Origin: an uncultured Acidobacteriota bacterium
Lineage (GTDB): Bacteria; Acidobacteriota; UBA890
Direction: 5' to 3'
DNA: 64,000 bases
NCBI GenBank assembly: GCA_964455175.1
Contig: CAYVUW010000006.1
Span: forward strand, 8,720-72,719
The number at the start of each line of letters is the position of its first letter. The first letter of the stretch is position 1. A program made the translations under genes and the position numbers. The notes under the pieces were generated by a model. That model saw only the letters and a program-made list of their open reading frames with translations, did not search any database and was not told the DNA's origin. Shown piece after piece: positions 35,895-46,399 of this stretch.

Positions 35895-36835
35895 CAGAGA
35901 TCTTTGAACATCCAAGAGAAGTCGCCCGCCGAACGTTGGATCTCCTCAACCATCTCCTCATTACGCGGCCCGCGGCCCTTCCACCGCGTCACCACCTGGT
36001 CCCACGTGATGTGGTGCTCCAGATCCCAGCGTTTCTCATTTTCGTCGAAGAAAACTGGGAGTTCGTACTCGAGTTCCCAGGCGGTGTCGTCGGCGTTACG
36101 ATGCACGGGCACCTCAAGGCCCAGTTCGTCACAGAAGGGCACGATGCTGTCCATCCAATACTGCCGCAACTGATCGTTGGTCAAGCCTTTCATCTTGTAA
36201 TCGAGCTGACTGCTATGGGTTTTTAAATCATCCGGAAGTCCGAACCACTCGACCGTCATTGGGAACATCCACTTCACCGCGTCGCAAACCAACTGACGAC
36301 CTTCATCACCACTGTTGGCAATTCTCTTCATCCAGCGTCGTCCGTGAAGGAGGTGGAAGTTTTCTTCCTTGCCTACTTTCACCAAACCGCGTTTCCAAGG
36401 GCCATACGACGTATTGTCGTGCACGTCTGAAAGCAAGCAAAACCCTGCCTGGTCATAGAAAGCGTTAGCAACGCATAGTTCGACCCAGGAATCGAGTGGC
36501 ACGTCGAAAGCATAAGGATAGCGAAACTCGTGCGGCTCACGCTCATACATCAACCATTCGCGTGAGACACCAAGGTCTTCAAGAACACAGTAAGCGATAT
36601 GCGCATGACTTAACTCGTCTTGAACGATGGCCATGGCTGAGATCATCGCGTTTACTGACGGAGCCTTACGCGCCGCGTAGTAGTAAGCCGGAGCACTCAA
36701 TAGCTCAGTGTCGCCAGATACTGTGACAATGTGACGCAACTCGCGTTTGTATTCGTCTGACATTTCCGTAACCGACTCCACTAAACGTCCCTCCTGGATA
36801 CAGTTACGTAGAAGTGCGTCAGGTGTGTTACTCAA
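35894..36835 (-). CDS. paaA: 1,2-phenylacetyl-CoA epoxidase catalytic subunit A-like (diiron)
   Basis: 313 aa. SYGPWKRGLVKVGKEENFHLLHG and GLTNDQLRQYWMDSIVPF match PaaA [23 protein letters not shown] and RFTNDELRQRFVDNTVPQ. Confidence 0.8.
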   Translation of the reverse strand: MSNTPDALLRNCIQEGRLVESVTEMSDEYKRELRHIVTVSGDTELLSAPAYYYAARKAPSVNAMISAMAIVQDELSHAHIAYCVLEDLGVSREWLMYEREPHEFRYPYAFDVPLDSWVELCVANAFYDQAGFCLLSDVHDNTSYGPWKRGLVKVGKEENFHLLHGRRWMKRIANSGDEGRQLVCDAVKWMFPMTVEWFGLPDDLKTHSSQLDYKMKGLTNDQLRQYWMDSIVPFCDELGLEVPVHRNADDTAWELEYELPVFFDENEKRWDLEHHITWDQVVTRWKGRGPRNEEMVEEIQRSAGDFSWMFKDL

Positions 36836-36856
36836 TCAAACCTCCAACCACGGAAA

Positions 36857-37573
36857 TTACATGCCCGCAGGATCATGACGTTGCAATGCCCGCAGGAATG
36901 GCGCAACTTCGGCCGGCACCGAGCCGTCTAATTTAAACAACAGATCGTTAGCATCAACGGCGTCATAGTAAACAGATTTGTTAGCATCCTCATCGACCCT
37001 GAGTGACGCGCCTTCTAGCGAGAGTCCGACGAACAAGCCCCGCGAACGTGAGTACGAGTAAATTTCGCTAGCGCGTGTCGCATCGGCCACCACTTCGACG
37101 GTATGCCCCACCGGACCGGCCGATATCGAGGCGTCCCCACCTAGAACAATGTATCGACTGCTAAGCATCCTAGCAGTTGCGTCGTTAACAACCACTAGTA
37201 CAAAGTCGGTCGCCTGGGCACCGATCTGCAGACCGAGCGATCCAGCAGCAATAGAAATAAAGCTTGGGCGACTCCACCCATCCCCAACTCGACAACTTAT
37301 CAGGCCTCGGCCATGTTGCCCACCAACAATTAATCCGACCTTCACGACGCCGGGGATCACGGCGATGCAGCGCGAATCCTTGAAAAGGGAATCCGGGATC
37401 GTTCCATCTGGTATGCCCATAATTTCATCAAGAGCATAGGCTGCTTCGGCGGCACGATTACCTAGTCTCACCAGGTCCTGGGCGACAGCCATATGGATTG
37501 AGGCCGTCAAGAAACAAGGCAAGGCAAACGAACCGAACATTATTTGACAGGTTGATCTGAAGTTGGATTGCAT
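36857..37573 (-). CDS. SYLF (Ysc84/DUF500) lipid-binding domain protein, secreted
   Basis: ORF 36857..37714. The start is placed at the internal MQSNFRSTCQIMFGSFALPCFLTASIHMAVA signal; Met59 is an alternative. The C-terminal region YSYSRSRGLFVGLSLEGASLRVDEDANKSVYYDA is SYLF-like. Confidence 0.6.
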   Translation of the reverse strand: MQSNFRSTCQIMFGSFALPCFLTASIHMAVAQDLVRLGNRAAEAAYALDEIMGIPDGTIPDSLFKDSRCIAVIPGVVKVGLIVGGQHGRGLISCRVGDGWSRPSFISIAAGSLGLQIGAQATDFVLVVVNDATARMLSSRYIVLGGDASISAGPVGHTVEVVADATRASEIYSYSRSRGLFVGLSLEGASLRVDEDANKSVYYDAVDANDLLFKLDGSVPAEVAPFLRALQRHDPAGM

Positions 37574-37878
37574 AATGCAGGAAACCAGAGGGACGTCCGG
37601 TTCAATGAGGGAGGCAATGATCCACCCTCGAACTAAATAATTATTACCGAAGGAAGTGAGTGCCGAAACCAACAGACTATGTAAAACAAGACTGAAGAAG
37701 GTGATCCAAGACAAGATAAGCCTTCTCGCAAGTCATCGGAAACCCCTCGGCAGGTTGATTTCGGGGTGGAGAGCCACCTCCGCTAGTCGTAGGCTATTGG
37801 GAGTTCCTTACTAACTTTCATGTTAAAGCCCGGACGATCAACAGCTCCGTGGATTTTTTCAGTATTAAGGAGAAACTA

Positions 37879-39987
37879 ATGAGTAGCCAGGAACAACCAA
37901 GCATCACCATCCGCCCTTTCCACATAATCGCGGTCTTTGTCGTTGCAGCCCTTTTGGCAACCTCGGTAACTTCGGCACAACAAAACCCGATGGCCAACCG
38001 CCTGACACTCGATTTGTATACGCGTGTTGAAGGCGTTGGCAGCCCGAGCATTTCGCCCAACGGAACCACCATCCTCTATACACGAAGCTTCGTCGATATG
38101 CAGAACGATGGGCGCCGAACCGAGCTGTGGATGATGAACGCCGATGGCACTCGTAAACGAAAGCTCATGGACGGTGGCTCGCCAAGCTGGTCTCCGGATG
38201 GCACTCGGATCGCTTACGTCACACAGGGTGAACCCAGCGGTGCCCAGATCTTCGTCCGCTGGATGGACGACTTGTCCGCAGAACCCAGCCAAATCACCAA
38301 CCTTGCGGAGTCCCCTGGAAGTATCCGTTGGTCACCCGATAGCACCCAAATCGCGTTCACGATGCTCGTTCCACCAACGCAAGAGGAATGGGAGATTGAT
38401 ATACCAGTCGCCAAACCGGAGGACGCCGAATGGACTGAAGCCCCTAACATCGTTGAGAAAGCAGTTTATCGGCGCGACCGGAGGGGTTTCATCGATGATG
38501 GCAACACGCATATCTTCCTCGTTCCAGCCGACGGCGGTACCCACCGACAAGTTTCCGAGGGCAACTACAATTTTGGCAGCCCGCGCTGGAATCCTGACGG
38601 ATCAACTCTCTATTTCTCCGGTTTACTTGAAGAAGACGCAGAGTACCAGTGGCGCGAGTCAGACGTGTATGCCATGGATGTCGAAACAGGCGCAACTACC
38701 CGCCTGACTGACCACCGGGGCCCTGATTCTGGGCCTGTACCCTCGCCCGATGGCTCACTAATCGTATTCACCGGCAACGACTATACCGAGCAAACTTACA
38801 TCGAGCGTGAAATGTACCTAATGAACGCCGATGGCTCGGGACGCCGCAGCTTGACCCCAAACCTCGATCGATCCCCCAATATTATTGATTGGGCACCGGA
38901 CAACTCGGGCGTTTACTTTGCGGTCAGCGAGCATGGCACTCGCAATTTGTACTTCGCGCCGCTGAACGGTGAACCTCGCAAAGTCACCGACGGAAACCAT
39001 CAACTAACAGTTACCGACATCACCGACGGAGGCATCGCAGTCGGCACATTAACTTCCTATCACCAACCATCTGAGGTTGTCACCTTCAAGGTCAGCGATC
39101 CCGCCAACATCACTTTTTTGACAGACCACAACGGACCGCTGTTCGCAGACCTAGAACTCGGTGAGGTCGAAGAAATCTGGTACAAGTCGGTAAACGATTT
39201 CGACATCCAAGGCTGGGTTATCAAACCACCGAACTTTGACTCGTCCCGTAAGTATCCATTGATGCTGTCGATACACGGTGGCCCGCACGGGATGTATGGG
39301 GTTGGCTTCAACTTTGGCTGGCAGAACCATGCCGCTAACGACTACGTCGTCCTCTACACCAACCCGCGGGGATCATCTGGTTATGGCACCAACTTCGGTA
39401 ATGCCATCAACCGTGCCTACCCTGGCAATGACTTTGACGACCTGATGAACGGTGTCGACACAGTAATTGCCGATGGGTATATCGACGAATCCAACATGTA
39501 CGTCTACGGCTGTTCGGGTGGCGGCGTGCTTACCGCATGGGTGGTCGGCCACACCGATCGCTTCTCGGCAGCTTCATCAAATTGCCCAGTCATTAACTGG
39601 CTTTCTTTCGTTGGTACTACCGACGGAATTGGTTGGTATCGCAATTTTGACAACTTGCCGTGGGAAGACGCAGGCGAACATCTGCGGCGCTCTCCCCTCA
39701 TGTATGTTGGCAATGTCACCACTCCGACGATGCTGATGACGGGCATCAATGATCTGCGCACACCGATGTCACAAACCGAAGAGTTCTACGCGGCGCTCAA
39801 AGTGTTACGAGTACCGACGGCGATGATTCGTTTTAATGATGAATGGCACGGAACAACTTCGAATCCATCAAATTTCTTGCGCACCCAGCTGTACTTGCGC
39901 CACTGGTTTGAACTTCATATGAGCGACGATGCGGCCCCGAAACAACTACAGGAAACAATGGACAAGGAGAACGGTCAACGACAATAA
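37879..39987 (+). CDS. S9 family serine peptidase with N-terminal TolB/PD40-like beta-propeller
   Basis: ORF 37849..39987. The start is placed at MSSQEQPS with AAGGAG 5 nt upstream. PD40 repeats (SPDGTRIAYV, SPDSTQIAFT, NPDGSTLYFS, SPDGSLIVFTG) are followed by GCSGGG (GxSxG) and HGGPHG. Confidence 0.85.
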   Translation: MSSQEQPSITIRPFHIIAVFVVAALLATSVTSAQQNPMANRLTLDLYTRVEGVGSPSISPNGTTILYTRSFVDMQNDGRRTELWMMNADGTRKRKLMDGGSPSWSPDGTRIAYVTQGEPSGAQIFVRWMDDLSAEPSQITNLAESPGSIRWSPDSTQIAFTMLVPPTQEEWEIDIPVAKPEDAEWTEAPNIVEKAVYRRDRRGFIDDGNTHIFLVPADGGTHRQVSEGNYNFGSPRWNPDGSTLYFSGLLEEDAEYQWRESDVYAMDVETGATTRLTDHRGPDSGPVPSPDGSLIVFTGNDYTEQTYIEREMYLMNADGSGRRSLTPNLDRSPNIIDWAPDNSGVYFAVSEHGTRNLYFAPLNGEPRKVTDGNHQLTVTDITDGGIAVGTLTSYHQPSEVVTFKVSDPANITFLTDHNGPLFADLELGEVEEIWYKSVNDFDIQGWVIKPPNFDSSRKYPLMLSIHGGPHGMYGVGFNFGWQNHAANDYVVLYTNPRGSSGYGTNFGNAINRAYPGNDFDDLMNGVDTVIADGYIDESNMYVYGCSGGGVLTAWVVGHTDRFSAASSNCPVINWLSFVGTTDGIGWYRNFDNLPWEDAGEHLRRSPLMYVGNVTTPTMLMTGINDLRTPMSQTEEFYAALKVLRVPTAMIRFNDEWHGTTSNPSNFLRTQLYLRHWFELHMSDDAAPKQLQETMDKENGQRQ

Positions 39988-40014
39988 AGGGCCACTAAGA
40001 GGGCCAACCAATCA

Positions 40015-40230
40015 TCAACGGCGGAGCAGCAGGTTCAGGATGATCGTGAGAACGATCGACAGGAGGATGCTGGTCGCCAGCGGCATGTAAAAGCGGGCCC
40101 CTCCCCACTCGAAGCTCAGGTCGCCCGGCAGGCGCCCGAGATAGGGCACTCGCGAGCCTAACACCAGTGCCAGTCCCAGCAGTAGAAGAACGGCACCAGA
40201 GAAAATTAGCAACTTCCCAAGTTCATTCAT
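40015..40230 (-). CDS. DUF2905 family small membrane protein
   Basis: 71 aa. GRLPGDLSFEWGGARFYMPLATSILLS matches the DUF2905 pattern. Confidence 0.6.
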   Translation of the reverse strand: MNELGKLLIFSGAVLLLLGLALVLGSRVPYLGRLPGDLSFEWGGARFYMPLATSILLSIVLTIILNLLLRR

Positions 40231-40326
40231 AAACGATCATCATAGGGGCAAAGATCTGTTGGGACCACAATGCTCTTTAGAAACCTTATCAATGGTCCAA
40301 CCATGATCTAATGAACTGCCAGTCTG

Positions 40327-40572
40327 ATGTTAGGGGTGGCAATGCGGCTACGGATTAAAGTGAACAGCAGCGCGCAAAGCGACAGCGTTCGCGAGCTCGC
40401 CGATGGTTCGCTCCAGATTCGCACTCGAGCACCAGCGAGCAAGGGAAAGGCCAACAAACGCGTCCTTGAGCTTCTCGGGAAATACTTAGACACACCACCC
40501 GGGAACCTTGAGATCGTTTCCGGACACAGTAGCCCCGTAAAACACATCACGGTAAGACGATGCGACGGGTGA
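40327..40572 (+). CDS. DUF167 (YggU-like) family protein
   Basis: 81 aa. LRIKVNSSAQSDSV...LQIRTRAPASKGKANKRVLELLGKYLDTPPGNLEIVSGHSSPVKHI matches the YggU/UPF0235 consensus. Confidence 0.65.
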   Translation: MLGVAMRLRIKVNSSAQSDSVRELADGSLQIRTRAPASKGKANKRVLELLGKYLDTPPGNLEIVSGHSSPVKHITVRRCDG

Positions 40573-40627
40573 TCACAAAGAGCTGAGCGGCAGTGTACGG
40601 GGCCAGAAAAATGGTCAGTATGACGCT

Positions 40628-41980
40628 TCAGATTAGCCCGAGGCCAAAAAACAAGACCATCGCAACCGCAACAGGGATCACAAAGATCATAAGGGGCTTC
40701 CAAGCAGCCGACACCCGGATCCTGCCAGCACCTATATTAGTCTCTAATTGAAAGTCGTCGAATCCCCAGGCGAATACGACATACAGCGACAGGACCCAAC
40801 TGCCCGCCGCTAACATGAATCTGCCCGTCACCATGTCGGCAAATGTGAACAGATCCATTCCATAGACCTGTAAGCCAGACCATGGGCCCTGAGAGAGCAC
40901 AATTGGCGTTGATAGACCGGCCAGGAGCACCGTGAAGACCCATGTTGCCGTGCGCCGTTTTATCGGCAAGAGGTCAGTAAGGCTGCTGGTAAGTACTTCC
41001 TGCACAGCACCGGCGGAAGTGATCGCGGCCAAGATCAATAGGAAGAAAAACCCGGCGCCAAAAATCTGGCCTGCCGGCATCTGACCGAACAGGTTGGTCA
41101 TCGTCAGAAACAACAACCCTGGCCCCTGGTCGGGTTCGAGGCCAAAAGCAAACAGCGCCGGAAAGATCACCAAGCCAGCTAAAAAGGCGACAGCTGTGTC
41201 GGCTAAAACGACGACTGCGGCACTTCCAGGAACGTCAGTGCTCCGGCGGTTCAGGTAGCTACCGAAACCGAAGGCTGCTGCCATACCGATACCAATGGAG
41301 TAGAACGTCTGGCCCAAGGCATCCAGCATCGTCCTGCCGTCGATAGCCGAAAAATCGGGCGTCAGGTACCACCACAGGCCCTCCGATGCCCCGGGCAGGG
41401 TCATCGAGCGAAGTGCCAGAATCACGAGCAGGACAAACAGTACAGGCATTGCCATCTTAGCGACGCGCTCTAGGCCATCCCGTAACCCACGGCTGACCAT
41501 GAGGCCGAGAAACGCAATCACCAGATACGTGTAACCCAAAACGGGTCCCGGTGTGGCGATGAACGACGTGTAGGTAGCCTCCAAGGAACTAACGGAAGCC
41601 CCGGCCAGGCTACCCGAGACGATCATCACGAAGTAACCGATGATCCAACCGATGAGCATCACGTAATAGGACTGGACAAGTACTGCCGCCAGGCAACCCA
41701 GCCACCCAATCGAGTTCCAGGGGCTAAATCTCGAACCGGTCAGGCGACTCATGCCAGCGACTGGAGTGAGTTGAGCCTTTCTTCCGAGACCCATCTCCGC
41801 GGTCATCAAGGGAATACCAATCAACACAGCGAAAATCACGTACACCAAGAGGAAGGCGCCGCCACCATTCATCCCGGTCAAGTACGGAAAGCGCCAAACG
41901 TTACCAAGGCCGATCGCAAAACCGGCCGTCGCCATCAAGAAACCAAAGCGGCTGGCCCAAGTTTCGCGTCCGCTACTCAC
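40628..41980 (-). CDS. sodium-dependent transporter, neurotransmitter:sodium symporter (SNF/NSS) family
   Basis: 450 aa. The N-terminal WASRFGFLMATAGFAIGLGNVWRFPYL is the NSS hallmark. Confidence 0.85.
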   Translation of the reverse strand: MSSGRETWASRFGFLMATAGFAIGLGNVWRFPYLTGMNGGGAFLLVYVIFAVLIGIPLMTAEMGLGRKAQLTPVAGMSRLTGSRFSPWNSIGWLGCLAAVLVQSYYVMLIGWIIGYFVMIVSGSLAGASVSSLEATYTSFIATPGPVLGYTYLVIAFLGLMVSRGLRDGLERVAKMAMPVLFVLLVILALRSMTLPGASEGLWWYLTPDFSAIDGRTMLDALGQTFYSIGIGMAAAFGFGSYLNRRSTDVPGSAAVVVLADTAVAFLAGLVIFPALFAFGLEPDQGPGLLFLTMTNLFGQMPAGQIFGAGFFFLLILAAITSAGAVQEVLTSSLTDLLPIKRRTATWVFTVLLAGLSTPIVLSQGPWSGLQVYGMDLFTFADMVTGRFMLAAGSWVLSLYVVFAWGFDDFQLETNIGAGRIRVSAAWKPLMIFVIPVAVAMVLFFGLGLI

Positions 41981-42125
41981 CGCACCCGATTTCCACTTGT
42001 GCGTAATCTAGCCATTGAACTCACCTCAACATGCCCCAGCCTACTTACGGTCCGTGGCCTGCCGGTCACGTCATAACCGGCCGATCACAAGAACCCAAAG
42101 ACTACACATTCCAAGTTCTCCCACA

Positions 42126-43931
42126 CTATTCGGCTTCCACCATCGCGCACCGCCGTGGGTCACCACGCCCGCTGCGCTCACCAGTGGTGGGATCTATCCA
42201 GATACCCTCAAACGACCCCAAGCCCCAGTTCCATTGGTTTACTGGTTGCAACTGCAGACCGAGAGCGATCGCAGCGTCCCGAACGTTTTCGTTGAGATCA
42301 ACCTCGACCGCCGGAAACATGCCACTGGCCCCATACGCTTTACCGAAACGTGGCAGGTTGATCGACTCATGGATCGGGATCCCGAAGTCAATCATGTTGC
42401 TGGTGTTTTGTACGATATTTTGTAACAGGCTGCCGCTGGGAGAGCCAGATGCGAGAACCGGTTTGCCATCTTTCATGACCATGTTGGGGGCTACATAGAC
42501 ACTCGCGCGGTGTCCCGGCTTAGGCATGATGCGGTTGAAGTGTGCACCCGACGCCACGATCGTCACACCGGCACAGAACAGCCCATTACTCCAGGGAAGG
42601 GACATGCAGGAATGAAGAATAGTCGCCACATTGCCCGCACTGTCAACTGTCGTGACGTGGCAGCTTCCGGGGGGCGGCATCTGGGGGGTTTCGATGGGCA
42701 GGCCCATCTGTAGCAGGTCAAACCGCATCTTGGCGTATTCCTTCGACGTAATCAGGTCAAGGGGCAGCGGATGGCTTGCCGGATCCGGTTGTTTCCCGCC
42801 TTCCATAAACACGAGATCTGTGGCCCTTGCCATTTGCCACATCGTTTCCGCCGATTCTGTTGGCGGACCGAGTTTTTCGATCTCGACATTTTCAAGGATC
42901 TGTAATATCTCAATTATGTGCGTACCACCGTTGTCGGGGGGCGGTGATCCGACCAGCTCGTAGCCACGGTAGCTACCTCGCGCTGGTTCGTCGTAGCGCA
43001 CGTCATAGCGCTCAAAATCCTCGAGGGTAACCACCCCACCGGCCGCCTGTACGATCTCCGAGTATTCACGTGCAAAATCGCCAAAATAGAAATAATCATT
43101 GCCCTCTTCGGCGAGCCGCTCAAGCGTATCTGCAGCCTGCTTCTGGTAGAGCAACTCCCCAGGGTCGGCGAGCCCACCGTTAGGGAAGAAGATCTCACGG
43201 CCGGTATCAGTAATCCCGAGCGTTGGGCTTTGCGTGAACATCTCACCCCACAGAAAAGGGTGGATTTCGAAGCCATCCCGGGCGTAAGAAATTGCCGCGG
43301 AACACAAATCTTTTGAAGGCTTACTACCATGACGCGCCAGCGAAGCTTCGTAGCCAGCCCAAAACCCAGGCACCCCAGCACCCAGTCCGGTAGCAGTGGC
43401 CGTCGGGCCCCAACCTGTAAGCGGGGCCATCGGGGCGTTCATGCCACCATTGACGTAACTGGTTTTGCCAGTTGCTGCATCGTAGTAAAGCATCGAGAGC
43501 ACACCTGTAATCCCGGTCATATGGGGCTCCACTACGCATTGAGTTACCGAGGCACAGAGGGCAGCGTCAGCAGCATTGCCGCCAGCACGCAAAATGTCGG
43601 TGCCAGCTCTTGTTGCCAGTGGGTGGGCACAAATGACCATTCCCGCCGATCCGGAAGCAGCTTCTTTTGCACCAAATACTGCTTTGCCGATCAAGCGGCG
43701 TCGTTCTTCAGGATCGGTAACCGAACCAGGCGTCGCACCACGGGCCTGGACACTGCCAAGAAAGGATGCTCCGGAACTTTGAGCAACAGCACTTGGGCCC
43801 GTGCGGGCAATACCAAAGCCCCTGTCACCCCCATTGATGACCTCGGCCCTGGCAGTAGGAGAACCGAGGACTCCGGCTGTTACCGCTCCGCTGGTCACAA
43901 ACTTCAGGAATTGCCTCCGGTCAGCTGACAT
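42126..43931 (-). CDS. gamma-glutamyltransferase family protein, Tat-exported
   Basis: ORF 42126..43976. The start is placed at MSADRRQFLKFVTSGAVTAGVLG (Tat), AAGGG upstream. GGT-like large and small subunit regions are present (LATRAGTDILRAGGNAADAAL..., GSCHVTTVDSAGNVATILHS). Confidence 0.75.
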   Translation of the reverse strand: MSADRRQFLKFVTSGAVTAGVLGSPTARAEVINGGDRGFGIARTGPSAVAQSSGASFLGSVQARGATPGSVTDPEERRRLIGKAVFGAKEAASGSAGMVICAHPLATRAGTDILRAGGNAADAALCASVTQCVVEPHMTGITGVLSMLYYDAATGKTSYVNGGMNAPMAPLTGWGPTATATGLGAGVPGFWAGYEASLARHGSKPSKDLCSAAISYARDGFEIHPFLWGEMFTQSPTLGITDTGREIFFPNGGLADPGELLYQKQAADTLERLAEEGNDYFYFGDFAREYSEIVQAAGGVVTLEDFERYDVRYDEPARGSYRGYELVGSPPPDNGGTHIIEILQILENVEIEKLGPPTESAETMWQMARATDLVFMEGGKQPDPASHPLPLDLITSKEYAKMRFDLLQMGLPIETPQMPPPGSCHVTTVDSAGNVATILHSCMSLPWSNGLFCAGVTIVASGAHFNRIMPKPGHRASVYVAPNMVMKDGKPVLASGSPSGSLLQNIVQNTSNMIDFGIPIHESINLPRFGKAYGASGMFPAVEVDLNENVRDAAIALGLQLQPVNQWNWGLGSFEGIWIDPTTGERSGRGDPRRCAMVEAE

Positions 43932-44090
43932 CGTCGTACCCTTTTGTTCGATTGAAGAATTCTTCATGCGATTCACTCGACAAGTAATGACAAGCCATAG
44001 AACAAATGGCGATCGGCTTGAGTAGCATACTTACAGTCATTAATTATAAAAAAGCGGTAGTGCAATTCCTTTCACGCCTGCTAATCCTGC

Positions 44091-45224
44091 CTAGTTACCG
44101 AAACGCCGGATTCCAAGGAAATCAACCGGCCAAACAGTTTCACTCTTCACAGCCAGATCACCCAAAACCTCGCCTATCACCGGTGCAAACTTGTAACCGT
44201 GACCGGAAAAACCAGCACCGATGACAACTTGTGGGTGCACCGGGTGGCGCGCAACCACAAAATGCTGGTCAGGCGTAACGGTGTACATACACACAACATG
44301 CTCGGTCCGCCCACCAATCACCCCGGGAAACGTTTGCCTGACGAAATGGCGAACCGGGGGCTCATCGTCGGGAAGCAGGTTACGGTCAAGCACACCAGGG
44401 TTGTCGATCGGGGTCTTGGCAAAATGCTCGGCAACCTTCAGGCCTTTGTCGTCAACCGAGGGAAACCCGTAGAAATGACCAGAGTCCGTTTCGACGTAAA
44501 ACGTTGGAAAACAGTCGGGCAGGAACTGCTCGGCACCGTCCGTTTCGTACCAGAAAAGGACCTTGCGCCAAACCTCTGTCGGAATTCCAAGCTCTGTGAG
44601 TTCTGGTGCCGCCCACGCGCCAGTGGTGAGTACGAGGCTTCGGGCCGTCACCTCGCGTGAAGCTGTACCAACGACAACGCCCCCGTTGCATACCTCCCAA
44701 GACACCACCGGTTCTTGGAAGAACAGCTCGGCACCTGCGGCCTCCGCTTGCAGGATGTGTTGCTCGACGCAGTCTTCGACTCTCAAATAGCCGCCGAACG
44801 GGTCAAGGAAGCCAACCGCACGGGAGTCGATCAAAAACTGCGGAAAACGGTCCCGGACCTCGGAGTAGCTAAGACGCTCGTGCATCACGCCATGCGCAGC
44901 GTAGCTTGCTTCGAGACCCTTGATGGACTCGGAGTCGGGCAGACCGCAAGTTAGGAAACCACACTGGTCGAATAAGGAGATTTTCGCCTCTCCTTCTAGT
45001 TCGGCCCACAATTCGTAGCTTCGATGCAGTAACGGGATGTAATCGGGGTGCTCAAAGTACGCCTTGCGGATGATTCGAGTGTGCCCGTGCGAACTCCCCA
45101 GGTCATGGGCAACACCATGGCGCTCTATGCCACAGACACTCACGCCACGCCGGGCAAGAGAATAGGCTGTGGCAGCGCCCATGCCCCCAACCCCGATAAT
45201 GATCACATCGTAGTCGTATGTCAT
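44091..45224 (-). CDS. FAD-dependent N-methyl-L-tryptophan / sarcosine oxidase (MSOX/SolA family)
   Basis: 377 aa. The N-terminus YDVIIIGVGGMGAATAYSLARRG is a dinucleotide-binding fold. GHGYKFAPVIGEVLGDL is in the C-terminus. Confidence 0.75.
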   Translation of the reverse strand: MTYDYDVIIIGVGGMGAATAYSLARRGVSVCGIERHGVAHDLGSSHGHTRIIRKAYFEHPDYIPLLHRSYELWAELEGEAKISLFDQCGFLTCGLPDSESIKGLEASYAAHGVMHERLSYSEVRDRFPQFLIDSRAVGFLDPFGGYLRVEDCVEQHILQAEAAGAELFFQEPVVSWEVCNGGVVVGTASREVTARSLVLTTGAWAAPELTELGIPTEVWRKVLFWYETDGAEQFLPDCFPTFYVETDSGHFYGFPSVDDKGLKVAEHFAKTPIDNPGVLDRNLLPDDEPPVRHFVRQTFPGVIGGRTEHVVCMYTVTPDQHFVVARHPVHPQVVIGAGFSGHGYKFAPVIGEVLGDLAVKSETVWPVDFLGIRRFGN

Positions 45225-45446
45225 CGGCGTACTTCAGATGGTCTCCGACATCAAAAAAGAAGAGCTTAGCAGTCCATTGATTACCCGCCACGAAGGGGAG
45301 GAAGAAAAAGCCAAAGCAAGGTCATACAAAGCATGACAGCATTGACAGCGTTGGCGTATGGGCTGTGAACCCCTATGTATAAAGGGTTACAGTGGCACCT
45401 AACGACCTGAGACTTGACTAGGAACCATCAATACGCAGGAGGTGGC

Positions 45447-45995
45447 ATGGTACGAGTGCGAAAAGGTTTAATGAAGAGACTTCCGGTTGCCGCTGGTCTT
45501 GTCTCGGGGATATTCGTGGCCACCCTATTCGCTAGTCAAACAACAGCTATCGGCGAAGCAATACCGCAAGATCCAGCTGTGACCATGCAAATCCAACAGG
45601 CGCTCAACAACTTTCAGGTTCAAATGCAGAGCCAGCTAACCATGATTCAGACAAAGCTCAATACGCTGGAGCGAGAGGTCCGCGACATGCGCTTTCAACT
45701 CGATACCGGCGCATCAAACCGAAGTACCGCACCAGGGACAACGCCTGTGAACCCGGTCCCTGGAACAACGACCTGGAGTCGCGTGGTAAGTCAGTCGAGC
45801 GAGTCGGAGCGCTTCGCCCTAAAAGCGGCCACCGGCCAGATTCTCGGGAATATGGGAATGACTTCGGACGGGCCAGCCCTGATTCTGTACGATGCCTCCG
45901 GCCAGATCTCAGCAGCGCTTGTCGCCACCCCGACTGGGCCCGAACTGCGAATGGCGGACACCAACGGCGTCCTGCAAACCGTCCTCCCGCAATAA
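45447..45995 (+). CDS. hypothetical secreted protein with central coiled-coil
   Basis: ORF 45414..45995. The start is placed at MVRVRKGLMKRLPVAAGLVSGIFVATLFA (signal peptide) with GGAGG upstream. QIQQALNNFQVQMQSQLTMIQTKLNTLEREVRDMRFQL is coiled-coil-like, followed by a Pro/Thr linker and a 90-aa C-terminal domain. No family was recognised. Confidence 0.55.
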   Translation: MVRVRKGLMKRLPVAAGLVSGIFVATLFASQTTAIGEAIPQDPAVTMQIQQALNNFQVQMQSQLTMIQTKLNTLEREVRDMRFQLDTGASNRSTAPGTTPVNPVPGTTTWSRVVSQSSESERFALKAATGQILGNMGMTSDGPALILYDASGQISAALVATPTGPELRMADTNGVLQTVLPQ

Positions 45996-46036
45996 CTGGG
46001 GAGCAACTACGCGTTTGACTACCAATCGAGCCTAAT

Positions 46037-46399
46037 TCAAAAAGTTGAGTAGACTTTAACTGTCATCGATTTGTTGATGAGATCTACTTCGCTTATGACG
46101 AAATTTTGATCGCCATTGCTGCAATTGTCCACGAAGAAAAGGCTGAGTTCTCCCTTAGATCGTCTCCACGAACCGGCGAAAGTAGCAGACATCAAGCTGC
46201 CATCTTCCATAAATGTTCTGGCATCGCCTTCAAGTGTGCCTGAGTTCCGTTCACTGTCACCTGACGTCAAGTGCATTGTCGCAAAAACCCGGCCATACTT
46301 TCCCACTTCACCTTCGAGATTAAACGAAGTTCCATCGCCTCCAACGATCGCGCCCGTAATATGCAGATCGCCTTCAGCAACTGGATTGACTAAGTCCAT
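46037..46399 (-). CDS. hypothetical protein (120 aa, beta-rich, no signal peptide)
   Basis: GGAGG SD 6 nt upstream of the ATG. The flanks are AT-rich. No family was recognised. Confidence 0.5.
   Translation of the reverse strand: MDLVNPVAEGDLHITGAIVGGDGTSFNLEGEVGKYGRVFATMHLTSGDSERNSGTLEGDARTFMEDGSLMSATFAGSWRRSKGELSLFFVDNCSNGDQNFVISEVDLINKSMTVKVYSTF

Noticed and set aside
42015-43030. Plus-strand ORFs of 100-155 aa overlapping the GGT gene
   Set aside because: They are antisense to a motif-supported GGT and are high-GC frame artefacts.
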